Assembly: GCF_014646935.1 (NCBI RefSeq)
Contig: NZ_BMOF01000014.1
Coordinates: 7,646-31,645, forward strand
Length of the DNA: 24,000 nucleotides
Origin: Calditerricola satsumensis
GTDB taxonomy: Bacteria > Bacillota > Bacilli > Calditerricolales > Calditerricolaceae
Direction of reading: 5' to 3'
The position numbers were made by a program, and so were the translations under genes. The notes under the pieces are model-generated. The model ran no database searches, was not told the origin of the DNA, and was given only the letters and a program-made list of their open reading frames with translations. Shown here piece by piece: positions 8,110 through 15,330 of this stretch; position 1 is the stretch's first letter; each line of letters starts with the position of its first letter.

Positions 8110-8918
8110 GGCGTCGTCCTTCCTCGCATGAGGGCTACGCGCCCAGAAGGTGAAGCAGCGCGCGAAAGGCGGTGAAGAGTTCGCGGAACAACACGAGCAG
8201 CACGGCAAAAAAAAACGGACAACCCGACGGCCATGGCCAGCAGGTTGAGGCCGATTTTGACCGGCAGACCGATGACGAACACGTTGAGCTGGGGCGCAGC
8301 CCGCCCCAACATCCCCAGGGCCAAATCGGCCAGAAACAACGCGGCGGAAAAGGGAAGGGCCAGCTTGGCCGCGATGACCGTCATGTGCAAAAACGCCTGA
8401 ACGAAAAAGGCGCTCGTCGCCGCACTGGCCAGCGGCACCGCGAGCCGGTCCACCGGGATGAGGCGGACACTGTGCACAATGCCGTCCACGAGCAGATGGG
8501 GCCCGTCGGAAGCCAGGAAAAACAGGAGGGCGAGCACATGCTTGACGTGAGCGAGCAGCGGCACCTGCACCCCGCTTTGCGGATCAAACAAGGCGGACAC
8601 GGCGTAACCGGCCTGCAGATCCAGCCAGCCGCCGGCCGTCTGCACGGCGGAAAAGAGCAGCGTCGCCAAGAACCCCAAGGCCAGCCCCACCAAGGCTTCC
8701 TTGGCCGCAAGGAGGACATAGCGTCCATTCAGCGGGATGTCTGCCGTTGACACGGCTCCCATGGCCAAAAGCGCCACCAGCGCCGCCCACCCCGCTTTGA
8801 CCATCGGCGGCACGGTGCGTCCGGCAAAAACCGGCGCGACGGCGAAAAACGCCGTCATGCGCACGAGGACCAAGCCATAGGCCGGAAGCTGGGTCAGCCC
8901 TTCGGCCATGCGCCCCAC
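8100..8918 (-). CDS. fliR: Flagellar export gate protein FliR; 3' end probably frameshifted at a T9 tract as sequenced
   Basis: 272-aa polytopic membrane ORF (LPAYGLVLVRMTAFFAVAPVF...) directly after the fliQ stop. After residue ~236 the sequence turns into an Arg-rich tail, CRAARVVPRTLHRLSRAASPSGRVALMRGRTTPWG. The adjacent frame reads AVLLVLFRELFTAFRALLHLLGA* and stops at 8135-8137. See the finding. Confidence 0.85.
   Translation of the reverse strand: MGRMAEGLTQLPAYGLVLVRMTAFFAVAPVFAGRTVPPMVKAGWAALVALLAMGAVSTADIPLNGRYVLLAAKEALVGLALGFLATLLFSAVQTAGGWLDLQAGYAVSALFDPQSGVQVPLLAHVKHVLALLFFLASDGPHLLVDGIVHSVRLIPVDRLAVPLASAATSAFFVQAFLHMTVIAAKLALPFSAALFLADLALGMLGRAAPQLNVFVIGLPVKIGLNLLAMAVGLSVFFCRAARVVPRTLHRLSRAASPSGRVALMRGRTTPWG
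8207..8215 (-). repeat. A9 (plus strand) / T9 (coding strand) homopolymer inside fliR
   Basis: Counted directly: cacggc-aaaaaaaaa-cggac. By eye this is the longest homopolymer I saw in this GC-rich window. Confidence 0.95.
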
Positions 8919-9188
8919 CTACTGCGCGAGCATTCGGATCTGGTCGAACATCGCATGGGTAAACGAAAGGAGCTGCCGCAGCATCCACGGACCAAACACG
9001 ATCACGGACAAGAAGACGGCCACGATCTTGGGAATGAAGACGAGGGTCTGCTCTTGAATTTGCGTCACCGCTTGAAAGAGGCTCACCACAAACCCGACCA
9101 GCAGGGCCACCCCCAAGAGCGGTCCGCACACGAGCAGCGTTACGGTCACTGCCTCGCGCGCGAGGTGGACGACAGCTTCGGGTGTCAC
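8919..9188 (-). CDS. fliQ: Flagellar export gate protein FliQ
   Basis: 89-aa two-TM protein with the [18 protein letters not shown] motif typical of FliQ/SpaQ. GTG start overlaps the fliP stop (GTGA). Confidence 0.95.
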   Translation of the reverse strand: MTPEAVVHLAREAVTVTLLVCGPLLGVALLVGFVVSLFQAVTQIQEQTLVFIPKIVAVFLSVIVFGPWMLRQLLSFTHAMFDQIRMLAQ

Positions 9189-9970
9189 GCGCCTCCCCCC
9201 TCCCCGTACCCCGCAAGCAAGCTTTCTACGACCAAGTACCAGCCGTCCACGAGCACGAACAGGAGCAGCTTAAACGGCAGGGAGATCATCACCGGCGGCA
9301 GCATCATCATCCCCATCGCCATAAGCGTGCTGGCCACGATCATGTCGATGACCAAAAACGGCAAAAAGAGCAGAAACCCGATTTGAAACGCCGTCTTCAA
9401 TTCGCTGAGTACAAAGGCAGGAACCAGCACGCGCAAGGGAATGTCGTCTATCGACTTCGGTTGCGGGCCTTTCGCATAGCGCAGAAACAGGCGCAGGTCC
9501 TTTTCGCGCGTATGCTTGGCCATAAACGCCTTGAGCGGTTTGGCCGCCGCCTTGAGTGCCGCCTCCTGCGACAGCTTGCCGTCGAGGTACGGCACAACGG
9601 CCTGATGGTACACCTGCGTGAACGTCGGCGCCATGACATAAAACGTGAGAAACAAGGCCAGTCCGATCAGCACCTGGTTCGGCGGCGTCTGCTGCGTACC
9701 CAGCCCCATGCGCACAAACGAGAGCACGACGACGATGCGCGTGAAGGCGGTCATGAGGATCAAGATGGCCGGGGCCAACGACAGTACGGTCAGCAGCACC
9801 AGGAGCTGCACCGTCACGGCGACGTCGGGCGGCGCGCCCGAGCCGATCTCCAGCTTGACGCCGGGGATGGCCGTGCGCTCTCCCGCGTCGGCAGGCGACG
9901 GCCACGCGATCAGAAGCGCTGCAGCGAGGAGGATGGCGAACCGCATTCCATGCTCCAAACGTTGCCTCAT
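9185..9970 (-). CDS. fliP: Flagellar export gate protein FliP
   Basis: The track ORF extends to 10144. ATG at 9970 overlaps the fliO stop (ATGA) and has GGAAGGGA upstream. It gives a signal-peptide-like N-terminus, [29 protein letters not shown]. Conserved FliP core: [28 protein letters not shown]...[23 protein letters not shown]. Confidence 0.94.
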   Translation of the reverse strand: MRQRLEHGMRFAILLAAALLIAWPSPADAGERTAIPGVKLEIGSGAPPDVAVTVQLLVLLTVLSLAPAILILMTAFTRIVVVLSFVRMGLGTQQTPPNQVLIGLALFLTFYVMAPTFTQVYHQAVVPYLDGKLSQEAALKAAAKPLKAFMAKHTREKDLRLFLRYAKGPQPKSIDDIPLRVLVPAFVLSELKTAFQIGFLLFLPFLVIDMIVASTLMAMGMMMLPPVMISLPFKLLLFVLVDGWYLVVESLLAGYGEGGGA

Positions 9971-10671
9971 TCTGGCCGTTCCCTTCCGTTCGCGTCGGGT
10001 TCGCGTTCCGCTCCAGTCGGCAGACGCGGGCGAATTTGCCGCACCGCCTGCAAGCGGTCGGCCAGCAGTTCCGAAAACGAGGGGCTCCCTCCACGTCCTG
10101 CTGACGCTGCGCGCGGCGCGATCCCGCGTTTCCGCTCCAGCCAACCCCTACGGTCGCCCATCCCCTTCGCTGCGTCGAACAAGGCGCGCAGCCGCTCGGC
10201 CTCGTCACCCGGCGGGATGTAGCGGAGGAGCTGCACATCGTCGCCGATGCCCAACACGTAGAGGCCGTCGCCGATTTGCACCACTTGCACGCTCTTGTTC
10301 TGACCCACCACGCACCCCCCGAGCGTGCGAACGGGCGCGCCAGGACGAACAAACGGGTTGCGGCGAGCAAGCCACCGTCCCGCGCCGACAATCAGCGCGA
10401 GGACCAGCCCAAACGCAACGGCCAAGCGGATGAGGGCCTCGATCAGCCCGCCGCGATCGTCCGCCGCAGATGCGGAGGAAGCCGGCTGACCACGACCCGG
10501 CCTGTCCGGCGCAGGGGATTGCGGCGTCGAGGGGGACGGCGCCTGATACGTTTCGTAAACCGAGCGCTCGCGTTCGGCCCAGGCGATGCTGCCGGGCACG
10601 CAGAGGGCGAAAAGCCCCCCAAGGAGCAAGAGCAACGCGCAGGCAACAAACGCCTTGCGAGATGCGTTCAT
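9967..10671 (-). CDS. fliO: FliO-family flagellar biosynthesis protein (FliZ of B. subtilis)
   Basis: Sits between cheY and fliP. N-terminal signal-like segment ([19 protein letters not shown]). Pro/Ser-rich spacer. TM helix ([19 protein letters not shown]). FliO-type core [29 protein letters not shown]. Confidence 0.82.
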   Translation of the reverse strand: MNASRKAFVACALLLLLGGLFALCVPGSIAWAERERSVYETYQAPSPSTPQSPAPDRPGRGQPASSASAADDRGGLIEALIRLAVAFGLVLALIVGAGRWLARRNPFVRPGAPVRTLGGCVVGQNKSVQVVQIGDGLYVLGIGDDVQLLRYIPPGDEAERLRALFDAAKGMGDRRGWLERKRGIAPRAASAGRGGSPSFSELLADRLQAVRQIRPRLPTGAEREPDANGRERPE

Positions 10672-10681
10672 CCCGCCACCC

Positions 10682-11044
10682 CTACCCCAACACTTTTCGC
10701 AGCGCTTCCAACACGCGGTCCGCCTGAAACGGCTTGACCACGAAGTCCTTGGCCCCCGCCTGGATGGCGTCGATCACCATCGCCTGCTGGCCCATCGCCG
10801 AACACATGATCACCTTGGCGTTCGGGTCGATTTTCTTGATTTCCTTCAGCGCAGCGATGCCGTCCATCTCCGGCATCGTGATGTCCATCGTCACCACGTC
10901 GGGTTGCAGTTCCTTGTACAGCGCAACCGCCTGGTGGCCGTCGCTTGCCTCGCCCACAACGGTATACCCGTTCTTGGTTAAGATTTCCTTGATCATCATG
11001 CGCATGAACGCGGCGTCATCCACAACCAGTACGCGTGCCGACAT
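10682..11044 (-). CDS. cheY: Chemotaxis response regulator CheY
   Basis: 120 aa, RVLVVDDAAFMRMMIKEIL...VVTMDITMPEMDG...MCSAMGQQAMVIDAIQAGAKDFVVKPFQADRV. Very close to Bacillus CheY. Confidence 0.98.
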   Translation of the reverse strand: MSARVLVVDDAAFMRMMIKEILTKNGYTVVGEASDGHQAVALYKELQPDVVTMDITMPEMDGIAALKEIKKIDPNAKVIMCSAMGQQAMVIDAIQAGAKDFVVKPFQADRVLEALRKVLG

Positions 11045-11086
11045 GGCTCCCTTCCTCCTTCTTGCGTGGCGTTTTGCCCCGTCCGA

Positions 11087-12304
11087 TTAGCCCAGCTTGT
11101 CCATCCGATCCCGCTGGCTGACAATGTCCGTCACGCGCACGCCGAAGTTTTCGTCGATGACGACGACCTCCCCTTTCGCGATCAACTTGCCGTTGACCAA
11201 AATGTCCACCGGCTCCCCGGCCAGTTTGTCCAGCTCGACAATCGAGCCCGACGTCAGCTCGAGAATTTCCTTGATCGTTTTCTCCGTTCGTCCCAGTTCG
11301 ACCGTCACCTGCAGCGGCACGTCGTAAAGGAGGCTCAGGTTGGTCTCGGCCGCCGCCGACACGTCGGGGTGAAGGGGCGCAAACTGGACGGGCTGCACGT
11401 TCACCGTGCGCGAGGCGAACGCGCCTGCGTCCCCGCCGCCCGCCGCAAGAGGTGCCGATCGCTCGGCGGAGGCGGCCGCCTCGTGCACCCCAGGCCGCAG
11501 CTGGCCAGACGCCGTCGGAGGCGATGCGCCGGAATCCGCGGGTTCCGGGTCCTCCCGGTGCGCAGGCGCCGGCTCTTCCCGTTGCGCCAGCGATGCGGGT
11601 GTCGCCGCCTGTTCCATCACGCCCGTCTCCCCTAACAGGCTTTTGACCATCTGCACGGCGAACGACAGGGGGCACAGCTGCATGATCGTCGAGTCGATCA
11701 GCGTGCCGACGCGCAGGCGGAAGGACACCTTGACCAGGGTCTCGTCGGGCAGGGGCAGCTCCTCATCCGGTTTGGACAGATCAAAGACGCGGACGATGGG
11801 CGGCGAAATGTTCACCCTGCGGTTGAAGACCGTCGACATCGACGTGGCCGCAGAGCCCATCATCTGGTTCATCGCTTCCTGCACCGCGCTCAAATGCAGC
11901 TCGCTGAGCTCCGGATCGGGATGGGTACCGTCGCCGCCCATCATGAGGTCGGCAATGATCCGCGCGTCTTCGGCGCGCAGAACGAGCAGATTCGTGCCCT
12001 CCAACCCGTCGGTGTATTGCACGAAAATGGCAATATGGGGGTCGGGAAACTCGTCGCGCAGGGCGTCACGGCGCACCAAGGTCACCGTGGGGGTGGTGAT
12101 CTCCACCTTCTGCCCGAGCAGCGTGGACAGGGCCGTCGCCGCGCTGCCAAAGGAGATGTTGCCAATCTCGCCCAGAGCGTCCTGCTCGATGGGGGACAAG
12201 ACCGCCTCCGGCTGCGGATTGACGCGATCCGCATCGGCGTTCTCCCCCAAGCCGCGCAGCAGGGCGTCAATCTCTTCCTGGCTCAATTTGTCGCGATCCT
12301 TCAT
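11087..12304 (-). CDS. fliY: Flagellar motor switch protein/CheY-P phosphatase FliY (CheC-like domain plus FliN domain)
   Basis: 405 aa. N-terminal LSQEEIDALL CheY-binding peptide. Two CheC-type D/S-x3-E-x2-N-x22-P motifs (DALGEIGN...P and SAVQEAMN...P). Ala/Pro-rich linker. C-terminal FliN/SpoA domain LLYDVPLQVTVELGRTEKTIKEILELTSGSIVELDKLAGEPVDILVNGKLIAKGEVVVIDENFGVRV. Confidence 0.95.
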   Translation of the reverse strand: MKDRDKLSQEEIDALLRGLGENADADRVNPQPEAVLSPIEQDALGEIGNISFGSAATALSTLLGQKVEITTPTVTLVRRDALRDEFPDPHIAIFVQYTDGLEGTNLLVLRAEDARIIADLMMGGDGTHPDPELSELHLSAVQEAMNQMMGSAATSMSTVFNRRVNISPPIVRVFDLSKPDEELPLPDETLVKVSFRLRVGTLIDSTIMQLCPLSFAVQMVKSLLGETGVMEQAATPASLAQREEPAPAHREDPEPADSGASPPTASGQLRPGVHEAAASAERSAPLAAGGGDAGAFASRTVNVQPVQFAPLHPDVSAAAETNLSLLYDVPLQVTVELGRTEKTIKEILELTSGSIVELDKLAGEPVDILVNGKLIAKGEVVVIDENFGVRVTDIVSQRDRMDKLG

Positions 12305-13304
12305 CGGCGTCCTCTCCCTTTACCCTCGCTTCAATCTGGACGGCGAGGCGGCCACGATGCGTCCCCGGACGGGCCACGAATTTGGGGATGCTGCCCACCT
12401 TGACGACGATCGGGTCACCCGGCGCTTGGTCCAGCACAATGCAATCGCCCGGAGCCAGCTGCATCAGGTCGCGCACCGTGATCGTCGCCGTGCCGAGCTC
12501 GGCCACCACCGGCACAACCGCCCGCTTCATGTGCCGCTGAAGGGCCTTCTGCTCGGGGGGACGCTGCTTCTTCTGCGGAGACAGCCAGTGGTGAGAGGAG
12601 AGTTTGGCCATCACCGGCTCCAGCACGATGTGGGGCAGGCACAGGTTCATCATGCCCGATGTGTCCCCGATCACCGTGCGAAAGGTGATCACGGCCACCG
12701 TGTCGTTCGGCGAGGCGATCTGGATAAACTGCGCGTTCACCTCGAGGGTATCGTAGCGAACATCGAGGTCGAGCACGTTCTTCCACGCATCCGGCAGATG
12801 GGACAAGGCCCGGGAAAACAGGCGCTGGAGGATCGTCGTTTCGATCTCCGTCCACTTCCCGGTCACCTGCATCCCCTTGCCCCGCCCGCCCAACAAGCGT
12901 TCCAACATGGCGTAGGCGACGTTGGGGTTGACCTCGAGAACAAGGCGCCCCTCCAACGGACGGGCTTCAAACACGTTGAGCAGGGTCTGGTTGGGGATGG
13001 ATCGAACGAACTCGTCGTACGGCAGCTGATCGACGGAAACCACGGAAAACTGCACAAAGGTGCGCAGCATCGCCGAAAACAACGTGGTGAGCGAACGGGC
13101 AAAATTTTCGTGAATGCGCGTCAAGCTGCGGATCTGGTCCTTGGAAAAGCGAAGGGCCCGCTTAAAGTCGTAAGGCTTGACTTTGCGCGTCTCCTGTTCG
13201 CGCTTCAGCTCCTCGGCCGACATCTCCCCTGAGGTGAGCGCGGCCAAGAGCGCATCGATTTCGCTCTGCGACAGCACATCGGACGTCACAGGCGTCACCT
13301 CCAC
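12267..13304 (-). CDS. fliM: Flagellar motor switch protein FliM
   Basis: LSQSEIDALL peptide, then KVKPYDFKRALRFSKDQIRSLTRIHENFAR, nearly identical to B. subtilis FliM. GTG start at 13304; an alternative GTG at 13289 has GGAGGTGA upstream. The 3' end overlaps fliY by 38 nt. Confidence 0.94.
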   Translation of the reverse strand: MEVTPVTSDVLSQSEIDALLAALTSGEMSAEELKREQETRKVKPYDFKRALRFSKDQIRSLTRIHENFARSLTTLFSAMLRTFVQFSVVSVDQLPYDEFVRSIPNQTLLNVFEARPLEGRLVLEVNPNVAYAMLERLLGGRGKGMQVTGKWTEIETTILQRLFSRALSHLPDAWKNVLDLDVRYDTLEVNAQFIQIASPNDTVAVITFRTVIGDTSGMMNLCLPHIVLEPVMAKLSSHHWLSPQKKQRPPEQKALQRHMKRAVVPVVAELGTATITVRDLMQLAPGDCIVLDQAPGDPIVVKVGSIPKFVARPGTHRGRLAVQIEARVKGEDADEGSRQIEPGRD

Positions 13305-13322
13305 CTGCGGCCCCTCGCCCCG

Positions 13323-13772
13323 TCACTGCACCATCTTCTTCGTTGTGATCACCCGTTCCACCCGACCCGTCGGCAGAAGGGCATTGATGCGCGCCTTCAG
13401 CTTTTCTTCCACGTTCCGCAGCCCCCGTTCGCCGCGAATGTCGTCGGGCGTAAGCGACGACAGGAGGGCAATCGCCGCGTGTTCAACCTGGAACATGCGC
13501 GTTTCCAACTCTTCTCGCGTTTTCTTGCTGTCCAGGACCAGCTTAAACTGGATGCGAATGAAATTTCCGCTGTAGAGGTTGGTCACGATCTCCGGCGTGT
13601 CCAGGGTTCGCTTGAGCAGCTCTTCCGCGCTTTCGTCCGGTTTCGCTTGGCCCGCCAACGGGTGGGCCTTGGGCTGTTGCAGGGTCCACCACATGACAAA
13701 CCACACGCCAAAGAGCAGAACGATGGCGAGGATGAGGATCAGCGCCATGTAGAACAACCGATGCCGTGTCAC
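13323..13772 (-). CDS. fliL: Flagellar basal-body-associated protein FliL
   Basis: 149 aa. Single N-terminal TM (LFYMALILILAIVLLFGVWFVMWW). FliL core IVTNLYSGNFIRIQFKLVLDSKKTREELE. GTG start with GGAGGGA upstream. Syntenic position between flbD and fliM. Confidence 0.9.
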   Translation of the reverse strand: MTRHRLFYMALILILAIVLLFGVWFVMWWTLQQPKAHPLAGQAKPDESAEELLKRTLDTPEIVTNLYSGNFIRIQFKLVLDSKKTREELETRMFQVEHAAIALLSSLTPDDIRGERGLRNVEEKLKARINALLPTGRVERVITTKKMVQ

Positions 13773-13789
13773 CGAATCCCTCCGTCTCG

Positions 13790-13984
13790 CTACAGCACTT
13801 TGCCGACACGCACCTCTTTCAGAAACGCGCGCACGCGCTCCACCACCTCGGCCATCGATTCGCGCACGATGTACCTTTTCCCGTTGACCAAGGTGATGAC
13901 GGTGTCGGGCGTTTCTTCCACCGTTTCGATCAAAAAGGCGTTGAGGGAAAACTGCGACCCGTTGAGCCGCGTGAGCAGAATCAT
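13790..13984 (-). CDS. flbD: FlbD/SwrD (YlzI) small flagellar protein
   Basis: MILLTRLNGSQFSLNAFLIETVEETPDTVITLVNGKRYIVRESMAEVVERV matches the FlbD family pattern. The track ORF starts 5 codons earlier at a TTG (13999). Confidence 0.85.
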   Translation of the reverse strand: MILLTRLNGSQFSLNAFLIETVEETPDTVITLVNGKRYIVRESMAEVVERVRAFLKEVRVGKVL

Positions 13985-14017
13985 CGCCTCACCCCGCAAC
14001 CCGCCGCGCGACCGACT

Positions 14018-14046
14018 TCATCGTCCACGGCACCGCGAACGCCCGA
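14018..14046 (-). other. GC-rich imperfect hairpin in the flgE-flbD spacer (possible mRNA structure)
   Basis: Minus-strand RNA: CGGCAGUGCG-UCGGGCGUU-CGCGGUGCCG. This is a 10-bp stem with one G-G mismatch and one G-U pair, and a 9-nt loop. No U-tract follows. It lies in the longest intergenic gap of the window (13985..14083). Confidence 0.3.
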
Positions 14047-14083
14047 CGCACTGCCGGCGCCGCGCGATGGCCCGGATCACCGA

Positions 14084-14908
14084 TTAGCGCTTCAGATTCA
14101 CCACTTCCTGCAAGATCTCGTCGGAGGTGGTGATGGTCCGCGCGTTGGCCTGGAAGCCGCGTTGGCTGATGATCATTTCGGTGAACTCTTCCGTCAAATC
14201 GACGTTCGACATTTCCAACTGGCCGGCAATGACGGCGCCGGTGCCTTGCTCCGCATTGTTGGGCGTCGTGAAATAGTCTTCGATCGCCGTATCGGGGGCG
14301 ATCGCGTTGGGCGTCACTTCATACAGCGATTGCCCCACTTTCTTCAATCCCGCGGGGTTGGGGATCTTGGCCAATTGAATCGTGTCGATGACCTCATTCG
14401 TGCCGTCGGGCAGCACGCCGATCACTTCACCATTGGGAGAAATGGTGAAAGACGTATACGTCGCGGGATCGATCTGGATCAAACCGCCCGTCCCCATGAC
14501 ATACAGTCCTTGGGCGTTGACCAGGTAGCCAAGGGAATCAACGCGAAAGCTCCCGTCACGGGTCAGGTACACCGGTCCATCCTCCGAAGGGCGCAGGACG
14601 AAGAAACCGTCGCCGTTGATGTAGAGATCCGTCGGCACATTCGTCGTCATGGGACTGCCCGGCGTAAAGACCGTGTCGATCGCCCCCGTGGTCACCCCCA
14701 ACCCGATCTGGCGCGGGTTCGTACCGCCGCGGACCCCTTCTTCCGGTCGTCCCGCCCCGCTTACCGTTTGACTGAGAATGTCCTGAAACAACACGCGCCC
14801 CTTTTTGAATCCGACCGTGTTCACGTTGGCGATGTTGTTCCCGATGACGTCGAGCTTCAACTGGAATTGCCGCATGCCGGAAACGCCCGAGTACAGTGCG
14901 CGGAGCAT
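14084..14908 (-). CDS. flgE: Flagellar hook protein FlgE (short Bacillus-type)
   Basis: 274 aa. N-terminal rod/hook motif MLRALYSGVSGMRQFQLKLDVIGNNIANVNTVGFK. C-terminal LEMSNVDLTEEFTEMIISQRGFQANARTITTSDEILQEVVNLKR. Strong RBS GAGGAGGGGG. Confidence 0.93.
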   Translation of the reverse strand: MLRALYSGVSGMRQFQLKLDVIGNNIANVNTVGFKKGRVLFQDILSQTVSGAGRPEEGVRGGTNPRQIGLGVTTGAIDTVFTPGSPMTTNVPTDLYINGDGFFVLRPSEDGPVYLTRDGSFRVDSLGYLVNAQGLYVMGTGGLIQIDPATYTSFTISPNGEVIGVLPDGTNEVIDTIQLAKIPNPAGLKKVGQSLYEVTPNAIAPDTAIEDYFTTPNNAEQGTGAVIAGQLEMSNVDLTEEFTEMIISQRGFQANARTITTSDEILQEVVNLKR

Positions 14909-14939
14909 GTTTCCCCCTCCTCATGGTGGTTTCCTACAG

Positions 14940-15320
14940 TTACGACACCTGGGAAATCGAGTCAAAGGGAATCTCCCGTCCGCCGGCCGTCTGCACGTAG
15001 TACTGCCCGTCGCGCCGCACGACGGCGCTTGCGGTGTCGGTTTCGCCTTCGCCCCATGTCACGCGCTTGCCGATCACCGACGACACGGCGGCAAACAGGG
15101 CGGCTTCGTTCGTGCGGTTGAGCTGGTCCAGCTGCTCGAGAATGCGGAATTGGGCCAGCTGAACCACAAATTCGCGATCCTGCAAGGGCTGCAACGGGTC
15201 TTGTGTTTTGAGCTGCACAACGAGGAGCTTGAGAAAGTCGTCTTTGCCCAATTCCGTGCGCGAAGAAACCCGCCCGGCTTGGGAGACGGCGGCTTGGGCC
15301 ATCGCGCTCGCGATACGCAT
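14940..15320 (-). CDS. flgD: Hook capping/assembly protein FlgD
   Basis: The track ORF extends to 15629 across the fliK 3' end. ATG at 15320 follows AGGGGGTG and lies 10 nt after the fliK stop. Conserved FlgD motif LGKDDFLKLLVVQLKTQDPLQPL. Confidence 0.88.
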   Translation of the reverse strand: MRIASAMAQAAVSQAGRVSSRTELGKDDFLKLLVVQLKTQDPLQPLQDREFVVQLAQFRILEQLDQLNRTNEAALFAAVSSVIGKRVTWGEGETDTASAVVRRDGQYYVQTAGGREIPFDSISQVS

Positions 15321-15330
15321 GGCACACCCC

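Noticed and set aside
8100-8215. Possible natural FliR-FlhB fusion. The flhB reading frame is open upstream to the T9 tract, so a shift in the other direction (T10, or a -1 slip) would fuse FliR to FlhB. Natural FliR-FlhB fusions are known in some clostridia.
   Set aside because: The would-be linker (LPCCSCCSANSSPPFARCFTFWARSPHARKDDA) looks like out-of-frame GC-rich translation, not a conserved linker. It would also delete the native-looking FliR C-terminus. An independent RBS and ATG exist for flhB. All three frames being open here is most simply a GC effect.
10590-10671. Possible lipoprotein lipobox in the FliO N-terminus (GGLFALC).
   Set aside because: The residues before the Cys (F-A-L-C) do not fit the [LVI][ASTVI][GAS]C lipobox, because position -1 is Leu. 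A plain signal or anchor segment, as in B. subtilis FliZ, is more likely.
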